DNA of 59,272 bases, taken from positions 1 through 59,272 of the forward strand of contig JBEDND010000252.1 in assembly GCA_041170785.1 (NCBI GenBank), written 5' to 3'. Made by a program: the position numbers and the translations under genes. The first letter of the stretch is position 1. Each line of letters starts with the position of its first letter. The stretch is from Bacteroidota bacterium (GTDB lineage: Bacteria; Bacteroidota; Bacteroidia; NS11-12g; UBA955). Of the stretch, positions 18,005-27,398 are shown one piece after another. The notes below the pieces were generated by a model that did not search any database, was not told where the DNA came from, and was given only the letters and a program-made list of their open reading frames with translations.

Positions 18005-19453
18005 TTATTTGGTTTTCTGTGTGCGCATGCTTTTGACGCCCTTAATTTCCAGGAGGTGTAAATGTCCACTTTGCCGGATTATGCGGCAATCAAACCAGTG
18101 GCGAATACTGTCCAGATGATGTGCATGCCAGGCGATATAGCTGCTGCCGGAGTCCAGCTGTTTCCAGTCTTGGGTTCTCATGGGTATACGCATTCCAGGC
18201 CAGCGTGTGTACAGCATCAGGGTAGGATTGTAATCGGTGCGTATAATTTGATGATTGGTGTCCGGACGCAGTTCCCGATGTTTTCCCAGCAAATACAGGC
18301 TCAGTTCGTCTTCCGGCCCTGGGGCACGCAGTTCAATGGGATCCAGTAAACGTTTCAGGGTTGTCTGACTGTACATGGTGCCAATGGCGGCCATGCATGC
18401 GGCAAAGATGATGAGGCGTTTTGTTTGGCTGTGTGCAGGAGCCAGCAACAATCCAGAGCCTGCAGCAAGCAATGGCAGGGCCGGTGCCGCATACCATTCA
18501 ATTTTGGTCGCGCTCAGGCTCAGCAGGGATAGGAAAGCGCTTGCTTGAAATGCTGCAAAAGCGGCTGACCGGCTGCGCAGCAGCCACAGGCAAACAGCAA
18601 ATCCCACAAGGGAAACAGGCCACCAGGGGAAGTCTGTAAAGGCCAATTGTTGCAGGTAAAAATACCAGGGTCCGTGGTGTCCTTCGCTGGGTTCCAGAAA
18701 GCGTGCACGCACTTCATTTTCCCAAACCGTTTTCAGGTAGCCGGGTGTGTGGTATTCGTGGGCAATGTACCACGTGGCAAGCAGCACCATAAAACCTGTG
18801 GCGGTCCACCAAACAGAGGGAAGCTGCAACAGTTTTTTCAGGCTTCCACGGGCAAGTCCCCAAACGAATAAGCCGGGCAGCAGCATCAGGCCTGCGGTGC
18901 TTTTGGTGAACAATGCCAGGAAAGTGAATGCCACAAAACTCAGGGCGGATTGCAGTCGGCCTGTTTGTTCAAAGCGGTAAAACGACATCCATGAGGCGCT
19001 GAGCCAAAGGCAAAGCAAGGCATCGTAGTCGCCGGTGCGAACCACGTGCTCATCGATCCATCCGGGTGCGGCCATGAGGCTTATCGAGGCCAAGGCTGCC
19101 GCCCATTGGTTTCTTGTTTCCCGGTGTACAAAAACAAAAACCAACAGACCCGTGAGCAGGCCGGCAATTGCTGAGGGCAAACGCAGGCTCCACGCGGAAA
19201 ATCCAAAGAGCTGCGCACTGATTCCCTGTAGCCAAATGAGCAAGGGAGGTTTGGTATTGTAGAAGTCGGGCTGACCATTGAAGGTGGTGTACAGCCAATT
19301 TCCCGACTGCATCATTTCCAGGCTGTTTATGGCCTGCCGGGATTCATCCCACAAACGAACGGGCAAGCTGCCAAGGCCGAAAAAAACAGACCAGCAGGAA
19401 AAGGTAAACACCATCCAAAACAGGGGTGACTTATGCCAGGGAGTTTGATTCAT
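18005..19453 (-). CDS. GT-C glycosyltransferase family 39 (ArnT/PMT-like) membrane protein
   Basis: About 11 TM helices and DESRQAINSLEM...KPPLLIWLQGISAQLFGFS (the first-loop DE plus KPPL motif of the ArnT/PMT family). The start is moved to the ATG at 19453 (MNQTPWHKSPLFWMV), which forms an ATGA overlap with the stop of the upstream gene. The track start at 19585 would overlap that gene by 136 nt. Confidence 0.78.
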   Translation of the reverse strand: MNQTPWHKSPLFWMVFTFSCWSVFFGLGSLPVRLWDESRQAINSLEMMQSGNWLYTTFNGQPDFYNTKPPLLIWLQGISAQLFGFSAWSLRLPSAIAGLLTGLLVFVFVHRETRNQWAAALASISLMAAPGWIDEHVVRTGDYDALLCLWLSASWMSFYRFEQTGRLQSALSFVAFTFLALFTKSTAGLMLLPGLFVWGLARGSLKKLLQLPSVWWTATGFMVLLATWYIAHEYHTPGYLKTVWENEVRARFLEPSEGHHGPWYFYLQQLAFTDFPWWPVSLVGFAVCLWLLRSRSAAFAAFQASAFLSLLSLSATKIEWYAAPALPLLAAGSGLLLAPAHSQTKRLIIFAACMAAIGTMYSQTTLKRLLDPIELRAPGPEDELSLYLLGKHRELRPDTNHQIIRTDYNPTLMLYTRWPGMRIPMRTQDWKQLDSGSSYIAWHAHHLDSIRHWFDCRIIRQSGHLHLLEIKGVKSMRTQKTK

Positions 19454-20733
19454 AGGCGTCCTCCGGCGAGGAAACGACCTGCCGCACATTGCATGCAGCT
19501 GCGCGTAGCGCAAAAGCTTTTCCACTGGCCTGTAAGTGCCTGTGAATGTGCGGCATGAGCAGCTATTACCCCTTCTGCCGCCCAATTGCGGATGATACGG
19601 TTGTTTTCCGGAGGCAGGGCCTCAAGCAGCATCTTGGCGCGGTTCATCAGGTGTTGATCATGGGTGTACAGCCCGTATGCAAACATAATCGGTGCTGCGG
19701 TATTCACCAGAATGTTGAGGCTGGCACCGCTGCCAAGTCTTTTGATGCCTTTGGGCGAAGGCAGTCCGAAGCGGTAATGCTCTTCCCAATAGGCTCCGGC
19801 AGCAACATCGAACATCTGGTGCAATTCGCTTACATCCCGATGCGTCATGATGCGGTCAAACAGTCGCTCGTGTTGTTGCATCAGCGCTGCAAACTGAGCA
19901 ATGCGCAGGGTGGGGAAGTTAGATGGGCGCATCCTCAGAAATTTCCAGGCAGAAGCCTGCATGGGTTGCAAGGTATATTTATGTTGCAAATACGCAAATT
20001 CCCGGTGCAGCATGCGCGCATACCCGTCTTTTTGTCCCGACAACAAACCGCTCAGACCGAACAAGAGTGCTTCAAGTTGAAAAGGCTGGTGCCGATGGCG
20101 CATCAGGATTCGGTAGTCGAGGTTTTTGGTAAGCTGTGTAAAGGCAGCTTTGTTGGTTCGGAAGCCAAAGTTTGCACCAAGGGTTTGGTACAACACGTAT
20201 TCCCAGTCGTTGTTGCTGTTTTTTGCCAATTCCAGCAAAGGGGCGCTTTTGTCTGCAAGGCGTTGCATCAGGGCATGTGAGCGCAGCTCATCCAGGATGT
20301 CCGGTGGCACCCGCGACAACATTCCTGAACAGGCCAGCCATCCACTGTTGGCGTACAGATCGCACAGCCGTTCCAGCAATTCCGGATCAACCAATGGCTT
20401 CAACACCAAGCAAGGCACCATGGTTCCATCTTTGCGGCAAACCTCTGCGTCGTGTTCCCATACCACATGGAGAATCACGGTATTGTACGCTTCATCGTGC
20501 TGGTGTCCATGTTTGTTCCAGTCGGAAGCCTTTACATGCAGTTCAACGCTGCCCGCCCAAAGCGCAGCCCCCAGCCGAAGCGTACATTCAGGAAAGTCCG
20601 GACCTGCGTCTCGGTGGGCAAAGCCGCGGTTGAACAGTTGCACAGGAATGCCCGAACTGGTGTGTAAATTGTGGCTGCGGAATGATCCCGAGGACCAAAT
20701 CCAGTGCATCCAATCTTCTTTAATGTAAAACAT
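19450..20733 (-). CDS. DUF2851-family protein
   Basis: The N-terminus MFYIKEDWMHWIWSSGSF...NRGFAHRDAGPDFPECTLRLG..WAGSVELHVKASDWNKHGHQHD matches the conserved DUF2851 layout. I take the ATG at 20733 rather than the track TTG at 20796. Confidence 0.7.
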   Translation of the reverse strand: MFYIKEDWMHWIWSSGSFRSHNLHTSSGIPVQLFNRGFAHRDAGPDFPECTLRLGAALWAGSVELHVKASDWNKHGHQHDEAYNTVILHVVWEHDAEVCRKDGTMVPCLVLKPLVDPELLERLCDLYANSGWLACSGMLSRVPPDILDELRSHALMQRLADKSAPLLELAKNSNNDWEYVLYQTLGANFGFRTNKAAFTQLTKNLDYRILMRHRHQPFQLEALLFGLSGLLSGQKDGYARMLHREFAYLQHKYTLQPMQASAWKFLRMRPSNFPTLRIAQFAALMQQHERLFDRIMTHRDVSELHQMFDVAAGAYWEEHYRFGLPSPKGIKRLGSGASLNILVNTAAPIMFAYGLYTHDQHLMNRAKMLLEALPPENNRIIRNWAAEGVIAAHAAHSQALTGQWKSFCATRSCMQCAAGRFLAGGRL

Positions 20734-20817
20734 AAAAAGGTCATAAAAAGCTGATGCAAAATACGTCAGGGTTTGCTTACACGGCAGGCTGAACAAGCAA
20801 GGTTAAGGCTTATTGTG

Positions 20818-20825
20818 TACATTTG
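20818..20825 (+). promoter_or_regulatory. -7 promoter element TAnnTTTG (TACATTTG) upstream of sucB
   Basis: Perfect motif 15 nt upstream of the ATG at 20841. It overlaps the track TTG start at 20823, which argues for the 20841 start. Confidence 0.5.
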
Positions 20826-20840
20826 CCGGCAGTATCGCTT

Positions 20841-22097
20841 ATGGCATTAGAAATCACCGTCCCGTCTCCGGGCGAGAGCATCAGTGAAGTAACCATTTCC
20901 AGCTGGTTGAAGAAAGAAGGCGATTGGGTGGAAATGGATGATCCCATTGCAGAGTTTGAAAGCGATAAGGCCACTTTTGAGGTGAATGCCACCGCTTCCG
21001 GCCTCATCGAGCAACTCATAGGTCAGCCCGGCGATACCATAGCGGTTGGTTCTGTGGTGGCTGTGTTGAATACAGAAGCCAAGCGTCCGGAAGGCAGCGC
21101 CCCCGCGCCGGCAAAAGAAGAAGCAAAGGTTCCCGAAACCAAAACGGTAGCGGCAAAGCCCGCCGAAGCAGCACCTGCAACTCCCGTAACTTCAGCCGTT
21201 GCTTCCGATGTAAAGATTTCACCCGTAGCTGCCCAACTGCTCGAGCAATACGGGCTGCCTGTAAACCTTGTGAAGGGAAGCGGTGGAAATGGACGCATCA
21301 CCAAGTTGGATGTGCTCGAAGCCATCGTTCAACACGGAGTATTGCGCGGTGCATCCGCCATGCCAGGCGCAAGAAGCGAACGCCGTGAGAAAATGACCAA
21401 CCTGCGCAAAACCATCAGCAAACGATTGGTGGCCGCCAAGAATGAAACCGCCATGCTTACCACCTTCAACGAGGTAAATATGAAGCCGGTGATGGACTTG
21501 CGCAATAAGTATAAAAAGGTATTCGAGGAAAAACACGGCATCGGCCTCGGCTTCATGAGTTTCTTCACCAGAGCCGTGTGCATTGCCTTGAAAGATTGGC
21601 CTGCCGTGAATGCGAGCATTGAAGGCGACGAAATTGTGTACCACGACTTCTGCGATATTTCCATTGCCGTTTCTGCACCCAAAGGACTGGTGGTTCCGGT
21701 AATCCGCAGCGCCGAACAGTTGAGTCTGGCCGATATCGAAAAAGAAGTGAAACGCCTCGCCGGCAAGGCCCGCGACAATAAACTCACCATCGATGAAATG
21801 AGCGGAGGCACCTTCACCATCACCAATGGCGGGGTGTTTGGCAGCATGATGAGCACGCCCATCATCAACCCGCCACAAAGCGGTATTCTGGGCATGCACA
21901 ACATTGTGGAACGTCCTGTGGTAGAAAACGGACAGGTGGTGATTCGTCCCATCATGTACGTGGCATTGAGCTACGACCACCGCATCATCGATGGCCGCGA
22001 AAGTGTGAGCTTCCTGTACCGCGTGAAAACCCTTTTGGAAAACCCCGAGCAGCTGCTCGACGGCAAAAACCCGCTGGAACGGGTACTGAACCTCTGA
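20841..22097 (+). CDS. sucB: 2-oxoglutarate dehydrogenase E2 component (dihydrolipoyllysine-residue succinyltransferase)
   Basis: Lipoyl domain [18 protein letters not shown]...[11 protein letters not shown], an Ala/Pro linker, an E3-binding domain and the catalytic [11 protein letters not shown]. No sucA is adjacent. Confidence 0.9.
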   Translation: MALEITVPSPGESISEVTISSWLKKEGDWVEMDDPIAEFESDKATFEVNATASGLIEQLIGQPGDTIAVGSVVAVLNTEAKRPEGSAPAPAKEEAKVPETKTVAAKPAEAAPATPVTSAVASDVKISPVAAQLLEQYGLPVNLVKGSGGNGRITKLDVLEAIVQHGVLRGASAMPGARSERREKMTNLRKTISKRLVAAKNETAMLTTFNEVNMKPVMDLRNKYKKVFEEKHGIGLGFMSFFTRAVCIALKDWPAVNASIEGDEIVYHDFCDISIAVSAPKGLVVPVIRSAEQLSLADIEKEVKRLAGKARDNKLTIDEMSGGTFTITNGGVFGSMMSTPIINPPQSGILGMHNIVERPVVENGQVVIRPIMYVALSYDHRIIDGRESVSFLYRVKTLLENPEQLLDGKNPLERVLNL

Positions 22098-22169
22098 GCG
22101 AAGATTGAACCCAGCCGCCGCTGGTCATCAAATTCAGCCCGCTTATTATTTTCCTTTTGCCTGTACCGG

Positions 22170-22796
22170 GTGTGTGCCGTACCTTCCCAAGAGAAGATGA
22201 AGCAGTATCAGCCCGGCTTGGAACGCAATACGCTCATGCTCCTGAGGAGCTATCAGGCTGCGCACGCCGTATTTAATGGTTTGGCCGCCTTGCAGCTCGC
22301 ACTGCTCACCAATGAGCGTGCACAGGGCCTGTACCTGCTGAATCTGTTCTCCGGCTACTTGAGGAACCTGAGCGCCCTTGGCGCAGCACCGCACGTCAAC
22401 TGGATGGAGGAACAAGCCGCGTTACATTCATATGCCGCACTGGAACATTCGCGATACAAACCCGAATGTTCCCTGGAATGGGATGAAGTGCAATCTGTTT
22501 ACCAAGTACCCGGTTTGCTGTGCATGCCCATGTTGGAGCGGCAGCTGTTCCGCGCTTTGCGCGCCACGATGCCTGTAGTCCTAAAGGTCACGCCACGTGC
22601 CGTGGAAGGGGCAATACAGATAGAAGTGCTGGCCAGCCAAGAGCTTCCGGCTTTTAAAACCCTAAAGCTTAAGTCTGAACAGCAATTGCGGATGGAACTA
22701 TTTGAAGAAAGAATGCAACTGTTCCCGGCAGAAGTCGAATATCGCGAGTATGCGCGCGGAGCTGTTTTAACGCTTAATAAATACCAATCTTTATGA
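22170..22796 (+). CDS. Soluble degenerate LytS-type histidine-kinase paralog (His retained, N/G1/G2 boxes lost)
   Basis: Aligns without gaps to the cytoplasmic part of the kinase at 23536-26658. LMLLRSYQAAHAVFNGLAALQ matches LKALRGQMNPHFIFNSINSIQ, and VPGLLCMPMLERQLFRAL matches IPSMIIQPYVENAILHGL. There is no TM or sensor region. An alternative ATG start lies at 22197. The stop overlaps the ATG of the next gene (ATGA). Confidence 0.6.
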   Translation: MCAVPSQEKMKQYQPGLERNTLMLLRSYQAAHAVFNGLAALQLALLTNERAQGLYLLNLFSGYLRNLSALGAAPHVNWMEEQAALHSYAALEHSRYKPECSLEWDEVQSVYQVPGLLCMPMLERQLFRALRATMPVVLKVTPRAVEGAIQIEVLASQELPAFKTLKLKSEQQLRMELFEERMQLFPAEVEYREYARGAVLTLNKYQSL

Positions 22797-23536
22797 TGAA
22801 AGCACTCATTGTTGATGATGAAGCAAACAGTCGCCAGGCATTGGCCGCACTGTTGCGTGAATTTGTGCCTGAGGTAACTGTTGTGGGCATGGCCGGAACA
22901 TTGGCAGAAGGTCTGGAAATGACCCGAAACATGGTTCCTGATCTGTTGTTTCTGGATGTGGAACTGGATGGAGAAAGTGGTTTTGACCTGGCGGAACAAC
23001 TGCCGGACGATGGCCCGGAACTCGTGTTCACCACCGGTTACGAACAATATGCCTCCCGCGCGTTTCGCAGTGACGCCACCGATTATCTGCTGAAACCTAT
23101 TGACGTTGCGCAGTTGCGTGAAGCGGTAAAAAAGGTTGCCGAGAAAAAGAAAACAGCAGATGCCGAAAAACGGTATGAAGTATTGATCCAGAATCTGCGC
23201 AGTCAGGGTGAAGATCAAATAGCGCTCAGCAGCAGTGAGGGTTTTGTGTTCGTTAAACTCAGAAATCTGATTTATTGCAAGGGTGACGGGGCGTATACAT
23301 ACTTTTTCATGAAAGGCGATGAGAAGCTGACTGTGTCGAAGAACATTGGTGAGTTTGAAGGCTTGCTGCTGCAGCGCGGGTTTTTTAGGGTGCATAAAAG
23401 CTACCTCATCAACCTGAATGAACTGCGTCGTTATGTTCGTGGAGAAGGCGGATATGTGGTGATGTCCAATGGTCATCAGGTAGATGTAAGCAAACGGCGC
23501 AAAGAGGCGTTTATGGCTACCCTTACCAAATTGTAA
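22793..23536 (+). CDS. LytTR-family response regulator
   Basis: Receiver domain (IVDDEANS, LLFLDVELDG, VFTTGY, YLLKP) and a C-terminal LytTR DNA-binding domain (FFRVHKSYLINLNEL). Confidence 0.9.
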   Translation: MMKALIVDDEANSRQALAALLREFVPEVTVVGMAGTLAEGLEMTRNMVPDLLFLDVELDGESGFDLAEQLPDDGPELVFTTGYEQYASRAFRSDATDYLLKPIDVAQLREAVKKVAEKKKTADAEKRYEVLIQNLRSQGEDQIALSSSEGFVFVKLRNLIYCKGDGAYTYFFMKGDEKLTVSKNIGEFEGLLLQRGFFRVHKSYLINLNELRRYVRGEGGYVVMSNGHQVDVSKRRKEAFMATLTKL

Positions 23537-26500
23537 TGCTATTGTATCGGTTTATTGTATCTGTTGTTTTCTTGCTGCAATCGCTGGAATTGCCGGCCCA
23601 GTTGCGCTTCGACAACTATTCGGTAAACCAAGGTTTATCTGCCAGCACTGTGCTGGATCTGATTCAGTCTTCCGATGGATTTATGTGGATAGCCACCGCC
23701 GAAGGTTTGAACCGTTACGACGGTCATAATTTCACTGTGTTCCGGAGTCAGCCGATGTCGGCCAACGGATTGCAGGATAATTACCTTACCGCACTGGCGG
23801 AAGACCGGCTGAACAGAATTTGGATTGGTGCCAACGACGGGAGTATTACGCTGTACAACAGCCGGAGCGCACGTTTTCAGCGTCGTCCGGAATTTCAGCG
23901 CTGCAATCCCGCACGACTACCCATCCTGAGCATAAAATCATCAGCTTCCGGTTATGTGTGCTGGTTGCTGCAACAGGGTGGCGCATGGCTGGCGGAAACA
24001 AAAACACCGGAAATCAATCCATTGGCCATACTGCAAAACGACAGCAGCTTTTTGCCTTATTGCATGGGGTTTTCAGCCGATGGGATGTTGTGGCTGGGCG
24101 GACAAGGAGGCATCCGGGTTTTAGATCCCGCACATCCCAATCAGGTAAAAGCCTCCTGGCTTATGGAAAGCACGGTGCTGGCCATGGCTTTTCATGGCGC
24201 GCATGTGTTTGCGGCTACGTCTTTGGAAGGCCTGAAATGGATTGGCAACGGGAAGGTGCATGCAGTCGAAACACCCGGCAGTGAAGCGCTGTTTCGAAAC
24301 ATCATCGCGATGAAGGCCGATACACGCGGATACCTATGGTGTGCCAACAACTATTTTAACGGCGTACAGCGGTTCAAGATTAAAGACCGTGAGCTCACGG
24401 AATCCGTTAGCTGTATGTATAATGCCTTTAGTTCCGAGGGCCTTTCCAACAACTCTGTATTGTGCTTGGAAGAGGACAGGGAAGGCAATGTATGGATTGG
24501 CACCCTCAGCGGACTCAGCGTATATAAGCCGCTGAACCAGCAATTTGGCTTATTGCGGCATGTTCCGGGTGATCCCGGTTCCCTTTCCACAGGAAACACT
24601 TACGGGTTCTTTGAAGATGTGGATGGAAGTATTTGGTCGGGCAGCCTGGATGGTGGCATCAACAAGATTACACCAGCAGGATTGATCATGCATTATGGCG
24701 CAGATAATTGCAGCGGACTACCCTCTAATTCCGTCCGTTCTATTTTTAGGGATGCGCGGGGCAGATACTGGGTGGGTGCCGGCAACGACGGTCTTTTTCG
24801 TTTTAATCCCCAAACACGATTCTTTGATAAGGTATTGGATAAAACCGCTGAAGGCCAGCAATTGCAGGAACTTCAGGTGAAGAGTATTACGCAGGCCCCT
24901 GATGGTGGATTATGGCTCGGAACCACTGCGGGTTTATGGCGATTCCATGCCGACAGGCATGAATTAACACATTTCAAGATTATTCCTGAAACCCTCAGAA
25001 AACAACCGAACCTTCCCGATTACCAAATCATGGAGGTGCGCTATGACCCAAGAAAGAACCAATTGCTTTGTGCCACCTTTGGACATGGGCTGCTTCTGGT
25101 TGGTTTGGATGGAACCGTGCGCAAACGCTATACCCAACAAGAAGGGGTAAGCAAAAGCCTCAGCAGCAATAATGTGATGTGCGTAGTGCCCTTGGGTATG
25201 GATACCTTGTTGCTGGGAACTTATGGTGGAGGCCTGAATATTCTTGATTGCCGCAGTGAACAGGTTCATACACTCACTACCGCCAATGGCTTATTCAATG
25301 ATGTTGTTTACGGGTTGTTACTGGATCAAAAAGGAAACTGGTGGATGTCTTCCAACAGGGGCTTGATGGTGTATTCCCCTGCCCAGCGAACCTTCAGGCA
25401 TCTAAACCAAAGTTCGAGGGTTCAAAGTTTAGAATTCAATGAAGGAACCTACTTGAAAACCAGAGATGGAAGTCTTTGGTTCGGCGGCATCAATGGCATC
25501 AACTACTTTAAACCGGAAGCGCTGCGCATCAATATCACGCCACCGCTTACGGCCATTACCGGTTTGAAAGTGATGGAAAAGCCTTTTCCCTTTGACAGCA
25601 GCTATAATACAGGCAGCAACATAGTGCTGCGACACAATCAGAACTTTCTGCGGATAGATTTCACCGGTTTGAGTTTTGTGAACAGTGCGCAGAACAAGTT
25701 CAGGTATCGCCTGGAAGGATTGGATGAATCATGGATTGAGGCTGGAGACAACCGCAGTGCTTCTTATACCAATCTTCCTCCGGGAAGCTACATCTTTCAG
25801 GTGCAGGCAAGCAACGATGACGGTATTTGGTCTGCCATTCCGGCTACATTGAACGTGCAGATTCTACCTCCGTATTGGCGAACCTGGTGGTTTCTTGTGA
25901 TGATGGGTGGATTGTTTCTCGGCTTGCTTTGGCTGGTGTTCCGCATCCGCACGCGTGCCCTGCGCCGCAACTACCAATTAAGCCTTGCGGAAACAGAGTT
26001 AAAAGCACTCAGAGGGCAGATGAACCCTCATTTCATCTTTAACTCCATCAACAGCATACAGTATTACGTGCTGAACAAAAGTGCGGGTGAAGCCTATGCA
26101 TACCTGGCAAAATTCAGTTCGCTGATGCGCCAGATCCTCCAGAACAGCCGCTTTAGTTTCATTCCACTGGACCAAGAATTACAATCGCTGGAAACCTACC
26201 TGGAGCTGGAAAAATTGCGCCTGGATGGCAACCTTGACTACAGCATTTCCCTGAACCAGGGGCTAAGGGGCGCTCAGGTGATGATCCCTTCCATGATTAT
26301 TCAGCCTTACGTGGAAAACGCCATCCTGCACGGCTTAACACCCATGCCGGATGGCAGACATCGCTTGGATATTTTGATGGAACAAACGGGAAATCACATC
26401 TATTGTGTGGTCGAAGACAATGGCATTGGCCGTGAGAAGTCGCAGCAGTTGAATCAGGCCAGGCGAAGCCGACATGAAAGTACTGGTATGAGTGTTACCC

Positions 26501-26658
26501 GACAGCGCCTGGAAATGTTGAATCGTCGCTTCAAAGACAAAGTTTCGGTTTCCATCACTGATTTGAAATCGCCAAACGGCGAAGCATGTGGCACCCGTGT
26601 GGCCATTTATATTCCGGTAAACCTGCACCACGACGATGAAGGCCATCATTATAGATGA
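23536..26658 (+). CDS. Sensor histidine kinase: periplasmic two-component-regulator propeller repeats + Y_Y_Y domain, one TM, LytS-type His_kinase + HATPase_c
   Basis: Signal/TM at the N-terminus and repeated W(I/L)GT..GL..(Y/F) propeller blades. FRYRLEGLDESW...YIFQVQA is the Y_Y_Y region and WWFLVMMGGLFLGLLWLVF is the TM helix. The kinase core has LRGQMNPHFIFNSINSI, VENAILHG and EDNGIG. Confidence 0.9.
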   Translation: MLLYRFIVSVVFLLQSLELPAQLRFDNYSVNQGLSASTVLDLIQSSDGFMWIATAEGLNRYDGHNFTVFRSQPMSANGLQDNYLTALAEDRLNRIWIGANDGSITLYNSRSARFQRRPEFQRCNPARLPILSIKSSASGYVCWLLQQGGAWLAETKTPEINPLAILQNDSSFLPYCMGFSADGMLWLGGQGGIRVLDPAHPNQVKASWLMESTVLAMAFHGAHVFAATSLEGLKWIGNGKVHAVETPGSEALFRNIIAMKADTRGYLWCANNYFNGVQRFKIKDRELTESVSCMYNAFSSEGLSNNSVLCLEEDREGNVWIGTLSGLSVYKPLNQQFGLLRHVPGDPGSLSTGNTYGFFEDVDGSIWSGSLDGGINKITPAGLIMHYGADNCSGLPSNSVRSIFRDARGRYWVGAGNDGLFRFNPQTRFFDKVLDKTAEGQQLQELQVKSITQAPDGGLWLGTTAGLWRFHADRHELTHFKIIPETLRKQPNLPDYQIMEVRYDPRKNQLLCATFGHGLLLVGLDGTVRKRYTQQEGVSKSLSSNNVMCVVPLGMDTLLLGTYGGGLNILDCRSEQVHTLTTANGLFNDVVYGLLLDQKGNWWMSSNRGLMVYSPAQRTFRHLNQSSRVQSLEFNEGTYLKTRDGSLWFGGINGINYFKPEALRINITPPLTAITGLKVMEKPFPFDSSYNTGSNIVLRHNQNFLRIDFTGLSFVNSAQNKFRYRLEGLDESWIEAGDNRSASYTNLPPGSYIFQVQASNDDGIWSAIPATLNVQILPPYWRTWWFLVMMGGLFLGLLWLVFRIRTRALRRNYQLSLAETELKALRGQMNPHFIFNSINSIQYYVLNKSAGEAYAYLAKFSSLMRQILQNSRFSFIPLDQELQSLETYLELEKLRLDGNLDYSISLNQGLRGAQVMIPSMIIQPYVENAILHGLTPMPDGRHRLDILMEQTGNHIYCVVEDNGIGREKSQQLNQARRSRHESTGMSVTRQRLEMLNRRFKDKVSVSITDLKSPNGEACGTRVAIYIPVNLHHDDEGHHYR

Positions 26659-27328
26659 CGAAACCAAATCCCGCGAAGTGCTGCGGGTGCTGCTTCAGAT
26701 GGTATGTCCTGATGTTGTGGTCGTTGGCGAAGCCGCCGACATCCGTTCCGGTATAAATCTCATTGCACAAACGCAACCAGAATTGGTGTTTCTCGACATC
26801 AGCCTGAAAGATGGCGATTCGTTTCAACTCCTTGAGCATTTGCCTGAGCTGTCATTCAAAACCATCTTTATTACTGCCTATGATGAATACAGCGTACGCG
26901 CTTTGCAATTCGCCGGTGTACCTTGTTTGCATAAGCCGGTGGACACCTCCGAACTTTCCGATGCCGTGAAGTTCTTGCGCAAGCAGAGTCTGGGCAATTC
27001 TGTCGCAGCCGTGCTCGAAGCCTTGTGGATGCTCAAACATCGCTTTGAGGCCCTGCCGGTTTTGCTGCAAGGACAGCAAGAAATCCTGAAGCTGAAAGAC
27101 CTTTTATATGTGGAAGCCGTGTTCCCGGGTTGTTTGTGCTACACCACTGATGGACAGATGTATCGACAGGATAAACAATTTGATGCCTATGCTCAGCTGC
27201 TCGCACCACTTGGTTTTCTGTGTACCAAAAAATTTTGCGTGAACAGACAGTTCCTTATGGCTTCACAGGAAGACCGACTGATATTGAGCGGAGGCAAAAC
27301 GCTGCTCCTCAATACGGATAAACAATGA
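26636..27328 (+). CDS. LytTR-family response regulator (second copy)
   Basis: Receiver domain (IIDDETKS, LVFLDISLKDG, IFITAY, CLHKP) and a divergent LytTR-like C-terminus. It overlaps the kinase gene by 23 nt. Confidence 0.82.
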   Translation: MKAIIIDDETKSREVLRVLLQMVCPDVVVVGEAADIRSGINLIAQTQPELVFLDISLKDGDSFQLLEHLPELSFKTIFITAYDEYSVRALQFAGVPCLHKPVDTSELSDAVKFLRKQSLGNSVAAVLEALWMLKHRFEALPVLLQGQQEILKLKDLLYVEAVFPGCLCYTTDGQMYRQDKQFDAYAQLLAPLGFLCTKKFCVNRQFLMASQEDRLILSGGKTLLLNTDKQ

Positions 27329-27365
27329 TTTTCTTTCGGGATTGCCACAGATTACGAAAACTTAC

Positions 27366-27373
27366 TATCTTTG
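27366..27373 (+). promoter_or_regulatory. -7 promoter element TAnnTTTG (TATCTTTG) upstream of rpmH
   Basis: Perfect motif 25 nt upstream of the rpmH ATG. Confidence 0.5.
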
Positions 27374-27398
27374 CAGCCCATAAAAAAACCGGTCAGCC

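Noticed and set aside
16676-18061. Very long ORFs antisense to recognised genes. These are 16676-18061(+) opposite lhgO, 39852-41267(-) opposite gltX, 41447-43249(-) opposite the DUF2723 gene, 53751-54713(-) opposite the BNR gene, 22499-23476(-) opposite RR1, and 1622-2494(-) opposite metK.
   Set aside because: Their translations are compositionally odd (rich in His, Gly, Arg, Val and Cys, with no recognisable motifs). Each exactly shadows a gene with strong family signatures on the other strand. This is typical of stop-codon-poor antisense frames in mid/high-GC coding DNA.
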